Origin: Thermodesulfobacteriota bacterium
GTDB lineage: Bacteria; Desulfobacterota_D; UBA1144; Nemesobacterales; UBA2774
Direction of reading: 5' to 3'
Assembly (NCBI GenBank): GCA_963422265.1
Contig: OY729416.1
Span: 1,600,001 to 1,664,000 of the forward strand
Length of the DNA stretch: 64,000 nt
A program made the position numbers and the translations under genes. The notes beneath the pieces are model-generated. The model ran no database searches. It was given only the letters and a program-made list of their open reading frames with translations, and was not told the origin of the DNA. This document shows, in pieces, positions 19,268 to 29,510 of the stretch (position 1 is the first letter of the stretch; every line of letters starts with the position of its first letter).

Positions 19268-21886
19268 CTAGTTGCACTTAGAATAGCCGCACCCTCTGCA
19301 CGTTACGCACCCCTGCTCAAATGCAAGCGCTCTGTCTCCGCAGTCAGGGCATCGTTCAAGGCGTAGATCATTGGTTTTAAGTTCTGAGTTTGCATCCAAT
19401 AGTGCTTCGTGTTTATCGGCGTCCGTCTGCCGTGTCCTGAGCCTGTTGAAGGGTGGATCAACGGTCCCGGTTGGGGGAATATTCGTCTTAGAGACAAATC
19501 GCTTCTTTAGAACAGTCGCGATCGCGTCTGGTATGGACATAACCAGCTTGCCTTCAGAGAATATGGGCGAGGCGCCGCCTATACCCTCAAGTTGTTCTAC
19601 TACGTCCTTTACGTTCACCCCTGACCGTAGAGCGAGTGATACGAGCCTCCCGGTAGCCTCCGCGTCCGCCATGGTGGAATAGCCAGACTTGCCAATTTGA
19701 ACAAAGACCTCAAAGGGCCTCCCCTTGTAAGTATTAATAGTAACGTATAAATTCCCATACCCCGTTTTTATAACCTCGGTAAAGCCCTCGAGCACCTGTG
19801 GTCTCTTTATCGGTCTTACCCAAGTTCTCGGCTCCGACTGGGCCACACTCTTTCCCTCGTTCTGGTTATTACTTATAACCTCTTCTTTTATGTTTGGGGT
19901 CGTGCTCGCCTCCCCTGATTCATCATTAGGGGAAGACGGGGGAGTTTTAGCGTTGGACTGATCCTCAGTAATTAAAATGCCTTTTCTTGAACCTTCTCTG
20001 TAAACGGTAATCCCCTTGCATCCTAACTTCCAAGCAAGGAAATAAATTTTCTCAACGTTTTCAAGGGTTATATCGCTGGGCAGATTCACGGTGCTTGAAA
20101 TGCAGGAATCTATATGCTTCTGAATCGCAGCCTGCATACGCACCCTCATCTCAGGCTCTATTTCATGGGCGGTAACAAACGTATCCGGTAATTGTTTTTC
20201 ATCAGTCAAATTGAATTTATCCATATATTCCATGACTAGGGGATGATAAACCTTGAATTCTTCCTTGGACAGCGATTCAGAACGCCTGAAATAAGACAGG
20301 GCGAACGTCGGCTCAATACCACTTGTGGTTCCAGCTAGGACGGAGCCACTTCCCACGGGTGGCACGGTAAGAATGCAGGCGTTTCTTATTCCCCGCTTCT
20401 TTATTTTATTAACAACCTGCTCGTCAATCGTCTCAAGAAACGGGAGTGATATGTGAGTATCTAGATCAAATGCCGGGAAGCTCCCCTTTTCAGAGGCAAG
20501 GTCAGCGCTTGCCTCATAGACAATGTTTTTAATGCGCCCAAATATCTTATCCGTAAACTGGATTGCTTCCTGAGTATCGTATTGGGTGCCGAGTTTTGCT
20601 AGCATGTCTCCGAAGCCTGTAAAACCAACGCCTATGCGCCTTGAGGTGGTAGAGGCTTCTGTCTGGAAGTTAAGAGGATGCTTCTCCATGTTATAGTCAA
20701 GAACGTTATCCAGAAATCTAACGGCGTATTGGAAGGCTTTTTCAAGATTGTCCCAGTCAATTGAGGCGGTATCGGTAAACGCATCCTTTACGAAAGGGGA
20801 AAAATTTATGTTGCCTAGGCAGCAATTACCGTAATCTTCAAGCGCCTGCTCACTACAGGGATTAACACCGCGCACCGACATACCGCCATACTCAGTCGGG
20901 GAGTGTTTTTTGACTGAGTCCCAGAAAATAAGCCCTGGCTCAGCAGACTGCCAAGCGGACTTTACAAGTTTATTCCAAATGTCCCTAGCCCTGACTGTCC
21001 TAGAAAACTTGACCTTTTCGTTTTCAAACTTTAGTTCAAAATCAGTGTCTTGCTCTACAGCTTGCATAAAATCGTCAGAGATTTTAATTGAAATGTTCGC
21101 AAACTGCACTTTCGATCTCGCAGCGTCGTTCTTTATGTCTATAAATTCCTGAACGTCAGGATGATTGACGTTCATAGTAATCATAAGGGCTCCGCGCCTT
21201 CCAGCCTGCCCAATCGTCCCCGTCGTCGTTGACAATAAATCCATAAAAGAGACGGCGCCGGTAGAATATACAGCCGAGTTGTTTACCGGAGACCCTTTGG
21301 GTCGCAAGATAGATATATCCGTTCCAACTCCTCCACCAAAGGAATACGTTCTGGCTGCCTCTTTGCACCATTCAAAGATTCCTTCTATAGAGTCCTCCTT
21401 AATGGGCATATAGTAGCAGTTCAGTAGCGTGGCTCTTCTATTCTGCCCAGCTCCGAATAGAATCCTACCGCCAGGGATGAACTTGAATTCCGATAAGAGC
21501 CAATAGAAATTGTTAGCCCACTCATCCCTTAGTCCTGCTGTCTTTTCTGGAGACGCAATTTCTCTGGAAACCCTACGCCACATGTCTTCGGGTGTCCGTT
21601 CTACAATCTCCCCAGATTTATCACGAAGAGCGTATTTTTCAAAGAAGACTCTTGCCCGAAGCTCATCTCCGCCAAATGCCTCAATAGTTTCAGAGGGAAT
21701 ACTTACTACTCCCTCAGGTTGCTTAACCACATCTGCTTCCCGCTCTGAATTCCCGCTGATTGATTGAGATAAAACCTCTTCAAACTCAGTCTCTATGTGG
21801 TCCTTATGCGCTTCTATTAAACCCATTCCATTTCTGCTACTACCGTTTCCATTAGCGTAAGCCGAACCAAACTTCTCTGAAGCCAT
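19268..21886 (-). CDS. nrdJ: Adenosylcobalamin-dependent (class II) ribonucleotide reductase with C-terminal TSCPD/Zn-ribbon domain
   Basis: PGGR, NC, RRGA, NPCSE and TVYREGSR motifs; RP..LEGFT...TGYGNLYV domain; terminal CPDC...CRGCGYSKC. Confidence 0.95.
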   Translation of the reverse strand: MASEKFGSAYANGNGSSRNGMGLIEAHKDHIETEFEEVLSQSISGNSEREADVVKQPEGVVSIPSETIEAFGGDELRARVFFEKYALRDKSGEIVERTPEDMWRRVSREIASPEKTAGLRDEWANNFYWLLSEFKFIPGGRILFGAGQNRRATLLNCYYMPIKEDSIEGIFEWCKEAARTYSFGGGVGTDISILRPKGSPVNNSAVYSTGAVSFMDLLSTTTGTIGQAGRRGALMITMNVNHPDVQEFIDIKNDAARSKVQFANISIKISDDFMQAVEQDTDFELKFENEKVKFSRTVRARDIWNKLVKSAWQSAEPGLIFWDSVKKHSPTEYGGMSVRGVNPCSEQALEDYGNCCLGNINFSPFVKDAFTDTASIDWDNLEKAFQYAVRFLDNVLDYNMEKHPLNFQTEASTTSRRIGVGFTGFGDMLAKLGTQYDTQEAIQFTDKIFGRIKNIVYEASADLASEKGSFPAFDLDTHISLPFLETIDEQVVNKIKKRGIRNACILTVPPVGSGSVLAGTTSGIEPTFALSYFRRSESLSKEEFKVYHPLVMEYMDKFNLTDEKQLPDTFVTAHEIEPEMRVRMQAAIQKHIDSCISSTVNLPSDITLENVEKIYFLAWKLGCKGITVYREGSRKGILITEDQSNAKTPPSSPNDESGEASTTPNIKEEVISNNQNEGKSVAQSEPRTWVRPIKRPQVLEGFTEVIKTGYGNLYVTINTYKGRPFEVFVQIGKSGYSTMADAEATGRLVSLALRSGVNVKDVVEQLEGIGGASPIFSEGKLVMSIPDAIATVLKKRFVSKTNIPPTGTVDPPFNRLRTRQTDADKHEALLDANSELKTNDLRLERCPDCGDRALAFEQGCVTCRGCGYSKCN

Positions 21887-22018
21887 AAGAGCCGTCCTCC
21901 ATTATTGACTTATTACTTACTATTTGTTGTGTTGCTACTTATTGTGTTGCTACGTGTGTTATCGCAACCTAGCCGCGTACTCAGCCCAGCCGTTCGATCA
22001 ATGATAAGCGTCAAGTCA

Positions 22019-22065
22019 TGACGATATATCGTGCCACCGTCAAATTTCAACACAATATGTTGTGG
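22019..22065 (-). promoter_or_regulatory. Tandem NrdR boxes upstream of nrdJ
   Basis: tGACGATATATCGTGc (22019) and aCACAATATGTTGTGg (22050), 31 bp apart. Minus-strand TTGACA at 22072-22067. Confidence 0.8.
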
Positions 22066-22272
22066 TTGTCAAGATTTTTGAGAAATTTATCAGCGAGAAG
22101 AAAGCTCGGTGAAATCAACAGATTATGGGGAAAAGAATTTTCCTCTAGGCAAAAATTGAGGAGGGGGCTGCTAATGCGGGATAAGAATCTACTGCGCGTT
22201 ATATCTCTAATGAAAGCAAGCCAATCGAGTTAAAGCTTGATCATGTTTTACATACATTGATATAGCGCCCCT

Positions 22273-22689
22273 TTATTCAACCATTTCCCTTTTCAGATTC
22301 TCCTGTATTTTACTAAGAATTTCTCTTGATAGGGGTTCATCACCGAGTACGCCAACGCGTATTTTTATCTCTGTTAGATTATCAGCGATCCTACTAAGTT
22401 CTATATAGAACCGTTTGCCTCCTGCGGTCTGACAGTTAAGCCTTGTGAAGACGGGTCCTTTCTCTTTATTTATGATTAGAAACCCAGCCTCATCCATAGC
22501 TCCCAAAGCAGCTTCCCAAGTCTTGTCAATAGAATATCTTTCTACCGCTTGCAACCCACCCTTAGTAAAAGCAATCGTCCCTGCACCCGCCGCCGCTCCG
22601 ACAATAGCCGCCGCGCACCCGCTCAGAATTAGGGGTGACGTTAGGCAGAACGCTAAAAAGATGACGATTTCTCGCGCTTTTACTATCAT
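22273..22689 (-). CDS. DUF3568-family lipoprotein
   Basis: Lipobox LSGC, AAAGAG and TEIKIRVGVLGDE motifs. Confidence 0.75.
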   Translation of the reverse strand: MIVKAREIVIFLAFCLTSPLILSGCAAAIVGAAAGAGTIAFTKGGLQAVERYSIDKTWEAALGAMDEAGFLIINKEKGPVFTRLNCQTAGGKRFYIELSRIADNLTEIKIRVGVLGDEPLSREILSKIQENLKREMVE

Positions 22690-22977
22690 AACAACCTCCG
22701 TCTTCCGTATCCTTAGACCTTAGTTGGAACCAAGTATATATGATAAAGATTGATAATGGTAGTAAAGTTGCGTCAATCGGGAAGGAGGGGAAAGCTGGAT
22801 ATAACGTTTATATTAATAGCTTTGACAATACGTAGTTTTGTAAGTTTACAAAATGAAACTTTTAGTTACAATAAAATGCTTCTAAGCTAGGATGAATAGC
22901 TAGATATTGGGAGCTGCACTAATCGCGGCTGTGCTAGTATACCATGCTAGTACCATGCTAGTACCAAAGGGGAATAC

Positions 22978-24204
22978 GTGAATAAATTTCTTAAAGAGCA
23001 TTTTCTAGTAGTGGGGATCATCATCGGGGTTATTCTCGGCGGATTAGTCGGTTCGTTCTATCCCAAACTAGGAGTAAGCATCGGATTCCTAGGCACCCTG
23101 TTCCTAAACGCCCTAAAAATGATAGTTCTCCCCCTTATTGTGGTCTCAATTACGCTCAGCATTATGAAGGTAGGAAACCTGGGATCGCTAGGTGTTAAGA
23201 CCCTTCTTTACTATACCGCAACTACTGGCATAGCCGTCTTCATCGGTCTTGTTGTTGTTAATTTAGTTCATCCCGGGGACGGAAGCATGGTTCTTACGGG
23301 GCAGATGCCAGACATTGTTAGCAGCAAGGAAAACGTGAGCTTGGTAGAGGTGCTGGTCTTAAAATTCATCTCTCCCAATTTGTTTAACTCTGCAGAGGAG
23401 TTTGAAATACTACCTCTCATCTTTGCATCCATACTGTTTGGAGCAGCTTTTGCCACATTAGGTAAGCAAAGTGACGTTATAGTGGAAATCTTCACGGTGC
23501 TTGACAAAGCAATAATGAAAACCGTGCATTGGATTATGGTTTTTACTCCGATCGGTATTTTCAGTCTTATAGCGGAACGGATCGGCATTGCCGGCGGTGG
23601 TAGCGCTGTCATGGACATCGTTATGGACATCGCCAAATATGTACTTAGCGTTGTGCTTGCTCTGTTTATTCATGGATTTCTCGTATTGCCTGTCATATTA
23701 CTACTTTTAGCAAAGAGGAATCCAATTAACTACGTTTCCAATCTGGGAAAAGCCTTGCTTACGGCCTTTTCCACCGCTTCCTCGTCCGCCACGCTTCCCC
23801 TTACTATGGAGGGAGTGATAGACGAGGCGAAAGTATCTCCTAAAGTGGGGAGATTCGTCTTGCCCCTAGGTGCTACCGTAAACATGGATGGCACTGCCCT
23901 TTACGAGGCTGTAGCCGTAATGTTTATAGCTCAGAGCTACGGCATTGATCTCACGACGGCTCAAATGGTAATTGTGTTCTTCACGGCGACTCTCGCTGCA
24001 ATCGGGGCGGCAGGCATACCCGAAGCTGGTCTTGTTACTATGGTGCTCGTTCTTCAGGCGGTAGGTCTCCCACTAGAAGGGGTAGGAATCATTCTAGCTA
24101 TAGACTGGCTACTAGACCGATTTAGGACAACCATAAATGTCTGGGGAGATTGCGTAGGAGCCGCCTCAATCGACCGTCTTGAAGGTGTTCGTGCTGACTC
24201 TTGA
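22978..24204 (+). CDS. Dicarboxylate/amino acid:cation symporter (DAACS)
   Basis: TASSSATLP, GATVNMDGTALY, GAAGIP and DRFRTTINVWGD motifs. Confidence 0.95.
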   Translation: MNKFLKEHFLVVGIIIGVILGGLVGSFYPKLGVSIGFLGTLFLNALKMIVLPLIVVSITLSIMKVGNLGSLGVKTLLYYTATTGIAVFIGLVVVNLVHPGDGSMVLTGQMPDIVSSKENVSLVEVLVLKFISPNLFNSAEEFEILPLIFASILFGAAFATLGKQSDVIVEIFTVLDKAIMKTVHWIMVFTPIGIFSLIAERIGIAGGGSAVMDIVMDIAKYVLSVVLALFIHGFLVLPVILLLLAKRNPINYVSNLGKALLTAFSTASSSATLPLTMEGVIDEAKVSPKVGRFVLPLGATVNMDGTALYEAVAVMFIAQSYGIDLTTAQMVIVFFTATLAAIGAAGIPEAGLVTMVLVLQAVGLPLEGVGIILAIDWLLDRFRTTINVWGDCVGAASIDRLEGVRADS

Positions 24205-24281
24205 ACCCGTGCTGAATAGATTGTAAAAGCGCAAGACTGAATAACAACGTAATTTGGAACGCGCCATGGAGGCGTGGGATA

Positions 24282-25109
24282 ATGGAAAAGTGTAAGACGT
24301 TTACGCATGTGGCGATGCTAATTTTTGGGATTTCTTTATTGGCGTTAAGCTGTAAAAAGGAAAATGCCCAGGTAAAGGACAAAAGCGAAGAAGAAAGGGT
24401 GAATATAGAGATTGAAGAGAGGTCTCCAGCATTTCCAGAAGCTAAAGCAAGATTCCTAAACGTTCAAGACGGTGATACGATTCAAGATGATAACATATCT
24501 ATCGTGGTAAAAGTGGACAACTTCGAGCTTGGCATACAGACCGACACGGAAAGGGCTAAAGACGTCTCAAACTCGGCTAAAGGACAGCATGTGCACGTTA
24601 TACTGGATAACAAGCCGTATTTGGCTAACTATAAAGCGGGGATGCCTTTTGAGTTAGGGGTTTTGGATCAGGGACCTCACACGCTTGTCGCTTTTCCTAG
24701 TCGTTCCTACCACGAGAGCGTTAAATCGTCGGAAGCTGCTCAGGTAGTCAATTTTTACGTGAGGAAAGAAAAAGGACAGTTCCTACTGGACGCTACCAAA
24801 CCGACTATCATTTATAGCAGGCCTAAAGGCAAATACGAGGGTAAGGACGCTCGAAAAATTATGTTAGACTTCTATCTAAATAACGTTGAACTCAGCCAAG
24901 ATGGATATAAGGCTAAGTACACAATTGAGAGGAAGGACTCTGGTCAAGAGGTCGGGGTGATTACAATGGCTGAGTGGAAACCTGCCTTTGTGACCGGACT
25001 TGTGAGTGGAGAATACGTCGTAACCCTTCAGTTACTAGATAAAGATGGCAATATAGTAGAGGGTACTTTTAACAATACTGAAAGGGTAATAACCGTTGTT
25101 ACGCAATAG
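24282..25109 (+). CDS. Conserved lipoprotein with tandem beta-rich domains, function unknown
   Basis: Lipobox ALSC; motifs GQHVHVILDN, FPSRSYHES and YSRPKG. Confidence 0.7.
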   Translation: MEKCKTFTHVAMLIFGISLLALSCKKENAQVKDKSEEERVNIEIEERSPAFPEAKARFLNVQDGDTIQDDNISIVVKVDNFELGIQTDTERAKDVSNSAKGQHVHVILDNKPYLANYKAGMPFELGVLDQGPHTLVAFPSRSYHESVKSSEAAQVVNFYVRKEKGQFLLDATKPTIIYSRPKGKYEGKDARKIMLDFYLNNVELSQDGYKAKYTIERKDSGQEVGVITMAEWKPAFVTGLVSGEYVVTLQLLDKDGNIVEGTFNNTERVITVVTQ

Positions 25110-25192
25110 TATAAAGGTGGGGTTCGGGTTTACAAATTTTTTTCTTATGTAATAATAATTGACTATTTTGGGATTTGCGTAGGGAGGTAATC

Positions 25193-25432
25193 ATGTCTCG
25201 GAAATGTATGGCAACTGGGAAAAAGCCGCTTGTTGGAAATCACGTCTCACACGCGAATAATAAGGTAAAGCGCCGCCAAAACCCCAACCTTCACTGGAAA
25301 CGGATTTATGTGCCGGAGCTTGACCGCACAGTTAGGTTGAGAATTTCCATGAGAGCTTACAGAACGATCAACAAAAAGGGACTTCTAGCTTTTCTAAAGG
25401 ACAATGGACTTACTATAAAGGACGTGACGTAG
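25193..25432 (+). CDS. rpmB: 50S ribosomal protein L28
   Basis: MSRKCMATGKKPLVGNHVSHANNKVKRRQNPNL; RBS GGAGG upstream. Confidence 0.96.
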   Translation: MSRKCMATGKKPLVGNHVSHANNKVKRRQNPNLHWKRIYVPELDRTVRLRISMRAYRTINKKGLLAFLKDNGLTIKDVT

Positions 25433-25469
25433 ATCAAAAAGTTAAGCGATCGCACCGCTTCTTAATCAA

Positions 25470-26264
25470 TCAAATAAGCCATAGGACGAGGAAAAGTTTT
25501 GATAGGAAAAAGTCACCTATGATAATAAGGAGTAGGGCTATAACGACGGTCGCCGTCGTAGCTCTCCCAACGCCTCGCGTACCACCATCTGATTTCATTC
25601 CCATATAGCAACCCGTTATCGCAACAATTATCCCAAAGAAGAACGTTTTAGATATTCCGCTAACGAAATCTGCAATACTCACCCATTTCAATATACTTGA
25701 TAGAAACAGCTGTGGTTCTACGTTCAGGTCCACTCTAGCCATAATCATAGACCCACAAATTCCGGCGAAATCGGCGATTATTGTAAGGAAAGGAAAAGAG
25801 ATTATGCAGGCGAGAAGCCTCGGTGCCACTAATTTTCTAATGGGATCAACGCCCATAGTTCTTATAGCATCTATTTGCTCCGTCACCTTCATTGAGCCTA
25901 TTTCAGCGGTTATCCCGGAGCCTACTCTACCGCCAACAAGTAATGAAGTAACAATGGGTCCAAGCTCCCTTAGAAAAGAAAGCGAGACGACCGGACCTAC
26001 TAAGCCCTTTGCCCCAAACCAGGCAAATCCCCAGGCGAGTTGCACTACCATGACCATGCCGATTGCCACTGCGGATACAATTACAATCGGGATTGACTTA
26101 AAGCCAATTTCCTCAATCTGTTCAATTACCAGCTTAAAATCAAATGGACGCGTAAACGTTGCGTAGATTGATCTGTATGAGAATATGCCAACTTCACCCA
26201 ACTGCTCTATAAGTGCGATGAAATAGGCTAGAAATCTGACAATATGGTTTCCGATCGTTCTCAT
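25470..26264 (-). CDS. mlaE: MlaE-family ABC permease
   Basis: RELGP, GRVGSGITAEIGSMKVTEQIDA and GVGRATT motifs. Confidence 0.9.
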   Translation of the reverse strand: MRTIGNHIVRFLAYFIALIEQLGEVGIFSYRSIYATFTRPFDFKLVIEQIEEIGFKSIPIVIVSAVAIGMVMVVQLAWGFAWFGAKGLVGPVVSLSFLRELGPIVTSLLVGGRVGSGITAEIGSMKVTEQIDAIRTMGVDPIRKLVAPRLLACIISFPFLTIIADFAGICGSMIMARVDLNVEPQLFLSSILKWVSIADFVSGISKTFFFGIIVAITGCYMGMKSDGGTRGVGRATTATVVIALLLIIIGDFFLSKLFLVLWLI

Positions 26265-26812
26265 AGGACCCTAAACCGATGTATAAAATCGTCAAAACCC
26301 ATCTTGCCTCTGCTAAAACTCTCCGCAGACGAGGCGTAAGTAAGATCATATATACAGTTGCCCTTCTTAAATACTACTACCACAATTTTGATGGGAACCC
26401 CGCCAAATTCTCCATTATAAACCCTGTACATGGCAGGTTGGCTATCCACGGTCATGATCTTGGTAGCTTGGATTTCTTTATTTTGAATACCAATTAGAAG
26501 CGATTCGGAAAGAACCTCCAAGCTGTATTGGGACTTATTAGGACTGCACGTAGAATCTACGGTAATCGTAGCATTATAGAGTGCACTACGAAACGCCAGG
26601 TCTCCACCCTTGATGTTTACCCTTGTCCAGTCCCGGGGCAGACTCCCTATTTCATACGACGTATCATCTGATTGATACACCACGCCTTTTAGATCACCCT
26701 CTTTTAGATCGCCCGAAGAAGCATAATGTTTAACAAATTGCGCAACGGAGCAGGAATTCAGTATCAGTAGTGGGAAAACTATAATAGCTATGAAGAATAA
26801 GTGCTTACTCAT
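26261..26812 (-). CDS. Lipoprotein of unknown function
   Basis: Lipobox LNSC; 4-nt overlap with mlaE. Confidence 0.65.
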   Translation of the reverse strand: MSKHLFFIAIIVFPLLILNSCSVAQFVKHYASSGDLKEGDLKGVVYQSDDTSYEIGSLPRDWTRVNIKGGDLAFRSALYNATITVDSTCSPNKSQYSLEVLSESLLIGIQNKEIQATKIMTVDSQPAMYRVYNGEFGGVPIKIVVVVFKKGNCIYDLTYASSAESFSRGKMGFDDFIHRFRVL

Positions 26813-26960
26813 AGGTGAGCATATCTAAAAAAGATAGTTGAAACATAATAAGCTGATGAATGATCTTTAAGCAATTGACTATAAATAATACTTGAATCTA
26901 TTAGGAAAATAAAGCATCCTAGATTGTGAATAACTCTTTATGCCCAAGAGGTAGAGTAAC

Positions 26961-27227
26961 TTGAACAAAATTGAGATATATGTAAGCAAAAACTGTCCTT
27001 ACTGCCATGCGGCAAAAGCGCTTCTCAATAGAAAGGGCGAGGATTTTACGGAAATAGACCTAACGACCAATCACGAGCTTAGACTCTCAATGGTAGAGAA
27101 ATATAATTGGAGAACAGTGCCTATAATTCTTATAAACGATGCGCTTATCGGCGGATATGACCAACTAGTGGAGCTAGAAAGAAAGGGGGAGCTTGATAAA
27201 CTGCTTTTGTCGGATCCGAGCAACTAG
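26961..27227 (+). CDS. grxC: Glutaredoxin
   Basis: CPYC, TVP and GGYD motifs. Confidence 0.9.
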   Translation: MNKIEIYVSKNCPYCHAAKALLNRKGEDFTEIDLTTNHELRLSMVEKYNWRTVPIILINDALIGGYDQLVELERKGELDKLLLSDPSN

Positions 27228-27340
27228 CTCTGGAATCTCCGCCTGCTCGCCCGACTTGCGGACGGATTACAAAACGGTAACGGGTCAATAAACAAAGATT
27301 CCACTAACGACAAACTTGAAACTAACCACTGACAACTACA

Positions 27341-28729
27341 ATGACTGTAAAAACCCGTTTCGCCCCTAGTCCTACAGGTTCGCTCCATATAGGAGGAGCA
27401 AGAACCGCTATATTCAACTGGTTATACGCAAGACGGAATAATGGCAAGTTCGTGCTGCGAATTGAAGACACCGACCGTTCGAGATTTACTAAGGAGTCAA
27501 TAGATGAAATAATCGGTGCTATGAGGTGGCTGGGGCTTGATTGGGACGAAGGTCCTGTAAGACAATCTAGCAGACTACGCGTTTATCAAGAGCTTGCCCG
27601 TGAGCTCTTGGAATCTGGAAAGGCTTATAAATGCTACGTAACCCCTGAAGAGCTTGAAGAGAGAAGGAAAGCATACCTAGAGAGGGGTGAAGTGCTCAGG
27701 TATAAGCGAGAGTGGGCAAATGAAAACGCCCACCCTGACAATTCATACTCAATTCGTCTGAAAACTCCAGATGATGGGATTATAGAGGTCAAGGATATTT
27801 TAAGAGGTGTCGTCCGCTTTAACGCCGACGAGATTGATGATTTCGTAATTTTAAGAAGGGATGGCTTTCCTACTTATAACTTCGCCGTAGTGGTTGATGA
27901 CGCAGACATGAAAATCACTCATGTGATTAGAGGCGATGATCATTTAATAAATACCCCACGGCAGGCTCTTCTTTTCGATGCTCTTTCTTACGACGTACCT
28001 AAAGTAGCACACGTATCCATGATTTTAGGCTCGGATGGAAAGAGGTTAAGCAAGAGGCACGGGGCTACATCGGTCTTAGCCTACAGGGATGCAGGCTACT
28101 TATCGGAGGCGCTTGTGAATTATCTGGTCAGACTGGGGTGGTCTCATGGCGATCAGGAAATATTTTCCAAAGAGGAATTGATTGACAAGTTCACTCTTGA
28201 TAGCTTGGGAAGATCTCCGGCAGTATCTAACCCTGAGAAGTTGAACTGGCTTAACGCATATTATATAAAGAAGAAACCTGCTAAACAACTCGCTGAATTG
28301 ATCTTGCCTATTATGCAAGAAAAAGGTTGCCCCGCTCAAGTTGATAACAAACTGGCAATGATCATAGAGCAGCTTAGAGAAAGATCTAAGACCCTTAACG
28401 ATTTTGTTGCGCAGTCTTCCTACTTCTACGCGGACGACATTGAATACGAACAAAAGGCAAAAGATAAATTTCTAAAAGAAGAGAATATTCCGCTGTTTAA
28501 TACCCTTATCGTGAAATTAACGTCTATTCAGAAATTTAATCACAGTTCAATTCATAAGGCGCTTGAAGAAGTAGTGAACGAGACGGGTCTTAAATTTGGC
28601 AAGATCGCTCAGCCAATGCGAGTAGCTTTGACGGGCGGGACAGTAAGCCCGGGAATTATTGAAGTTGCTGAAATTCTTGGAAGAAATAAGGTAATTACAA
28701 GATTAAACCGTGCAATTAGCAGTATTTGA
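27341..28729 (+). CDS. gltX: Glutamate--tRNA ligase
   Basis: RFAPSPTG.LHIG, RIEDTD and LSKR motifs; anticodon-binding domain present. Confidence 0.97.
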   Translation: MTVKTRFAPSPTGSLHIGGARTAIFNWLYARRNNGKFVLRIEDTDRSRFTKESIDEIIGAMRWLGLDWDEGPVRQSSRLRVYQELARELLESGKAYKCYVTPEELEERRKAYLERGEVLRYKREWANENAHPDNSYSIRLKTPDDGIIEVKDILRGVVRFNADEIDDFVILRRDGFPTYNFAVVVDDADMKITHVIRGDDHLINTPRQALLFDALSYDVPKVAHVSMILGSDGKRLSKRHGATSVLAYRDAGYLSEALVNYLVRLGWSHGDQEIFSKEELIDKFTLDSLGRSPAVSNPEKLNWLNAYYIKKKPAKQLAELILPIMQEKGCPAQVDNKLAMIIEQLRERSKTLNDFVAQSSYFYADDIEYEQKAKDKFLKEENIPLFNTLIVKLTSIQKFNHSSIHKALEEVVNETGLKFGKIAQPMRVALTGGTVSPGIIEVAEILGRNKVITRLNRAISSI

Positions 28730-28786
28730 AGTTAGTTGAAGCGATTTTCACACGTATAGGGAAAACAGGAGGGATATCACGACTTT

Positions 28787-29503
28787 ATGAAAGTATTCAT
28801 TATAGGTTTAGTATTAAGCTTGGGGTTAAGTAGTGTAGCTCTTGCCCACAGGAAACCAGATAATTTGGAGTACTCACTTCATAAGTATTACGAAAAAGTA
28901 ATGTTCCATAAATCATTTTTTGATAGGTTCGCTAAGGAATTATTTACAAAATTTCTATCTCGTGTAGGAATTTTATCATCTGCATTAGGTCGTGGCGACA
29001 GCGGTGGACTGACAACATTGGTATCTAGCTTAGGAACAGGGCTTGCAATGCATGGCATGGGTGGAAATTTTAACACGGGGGTCGCTATTGGGTTGAGACG
29101 CTCCGCTTCATATATACCCGCTGCGTTTCCGTATGATAATGGACATATCTACGCGTTTGGAAGGTGCTTTGTTGATGAGGCGCTGACTTATGCAGCTGAC
29201 GTAAGCTTTTGCGACCAATCTTTCATAAAGGTTCAGTATGATGATTATATAGATAGAGCAACTAGGAAAATGTCATTAGGAGGGAGAGATGGCAAATTCC
29301 AATCATTAAAAAGCACGGAATACGCTAAATGCAGAGATTGGGCTTTAGAATTACATAAGAGAAAATTAAACAAATGTAAAGAATATACAAGCCCCGATCA
29401 AATAGCTTACCTTAAGGCTATTAGCAATAGGATAAAAGATGAGCAGGCAAATCCCCATAGATACTGGGATAAGAGCGATGCTTACGAAACGCGGACGCAG
29501 TAA
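28787..29503 (+). CDS. Hypothetical secreted protein
   Basis: 238-aa ORF with RBS GGAGG and a signal peptide ending ALA; no recognised family. Confidence 0.7.
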   Translation: MKVFIIGLVLSLGLSSVALAHRKPDNLEYSLHKYYEKVMFHKSFFDRFAKELFTKFLSRVGILSSALGRGDSGGLTTLVSSLGTGLAMHGMGGNFNTGVAIGLRRSASYIPAAFPYDNGHIYAFGRCFVDEALTYAADVSFCDQSFIKVQYDDYIDRATRKMSLGGRDGKFQSLKSTEYAKCRDWALELHKRKLNKCKEYTSPDQIAYLKAISNRIKDEQANPHRYWDKSDAYETRTQ

Positions 29504-29510
29504 GAGGGCA

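Noticed and set aside
7645-21886. Inteins in dnaE or nrdJ
   Set aside because: Lengths are ordinary, and no intein splice-junction or LAGLIDADG blocks are visible.
21890-22015. Cobalamin riboswitch in the nrdJ leader
   Set aside because: No B12-box or recognisable core motifs; only short direct repeats (ttgtgttgctac). NrdR boxes already account for the regulation.
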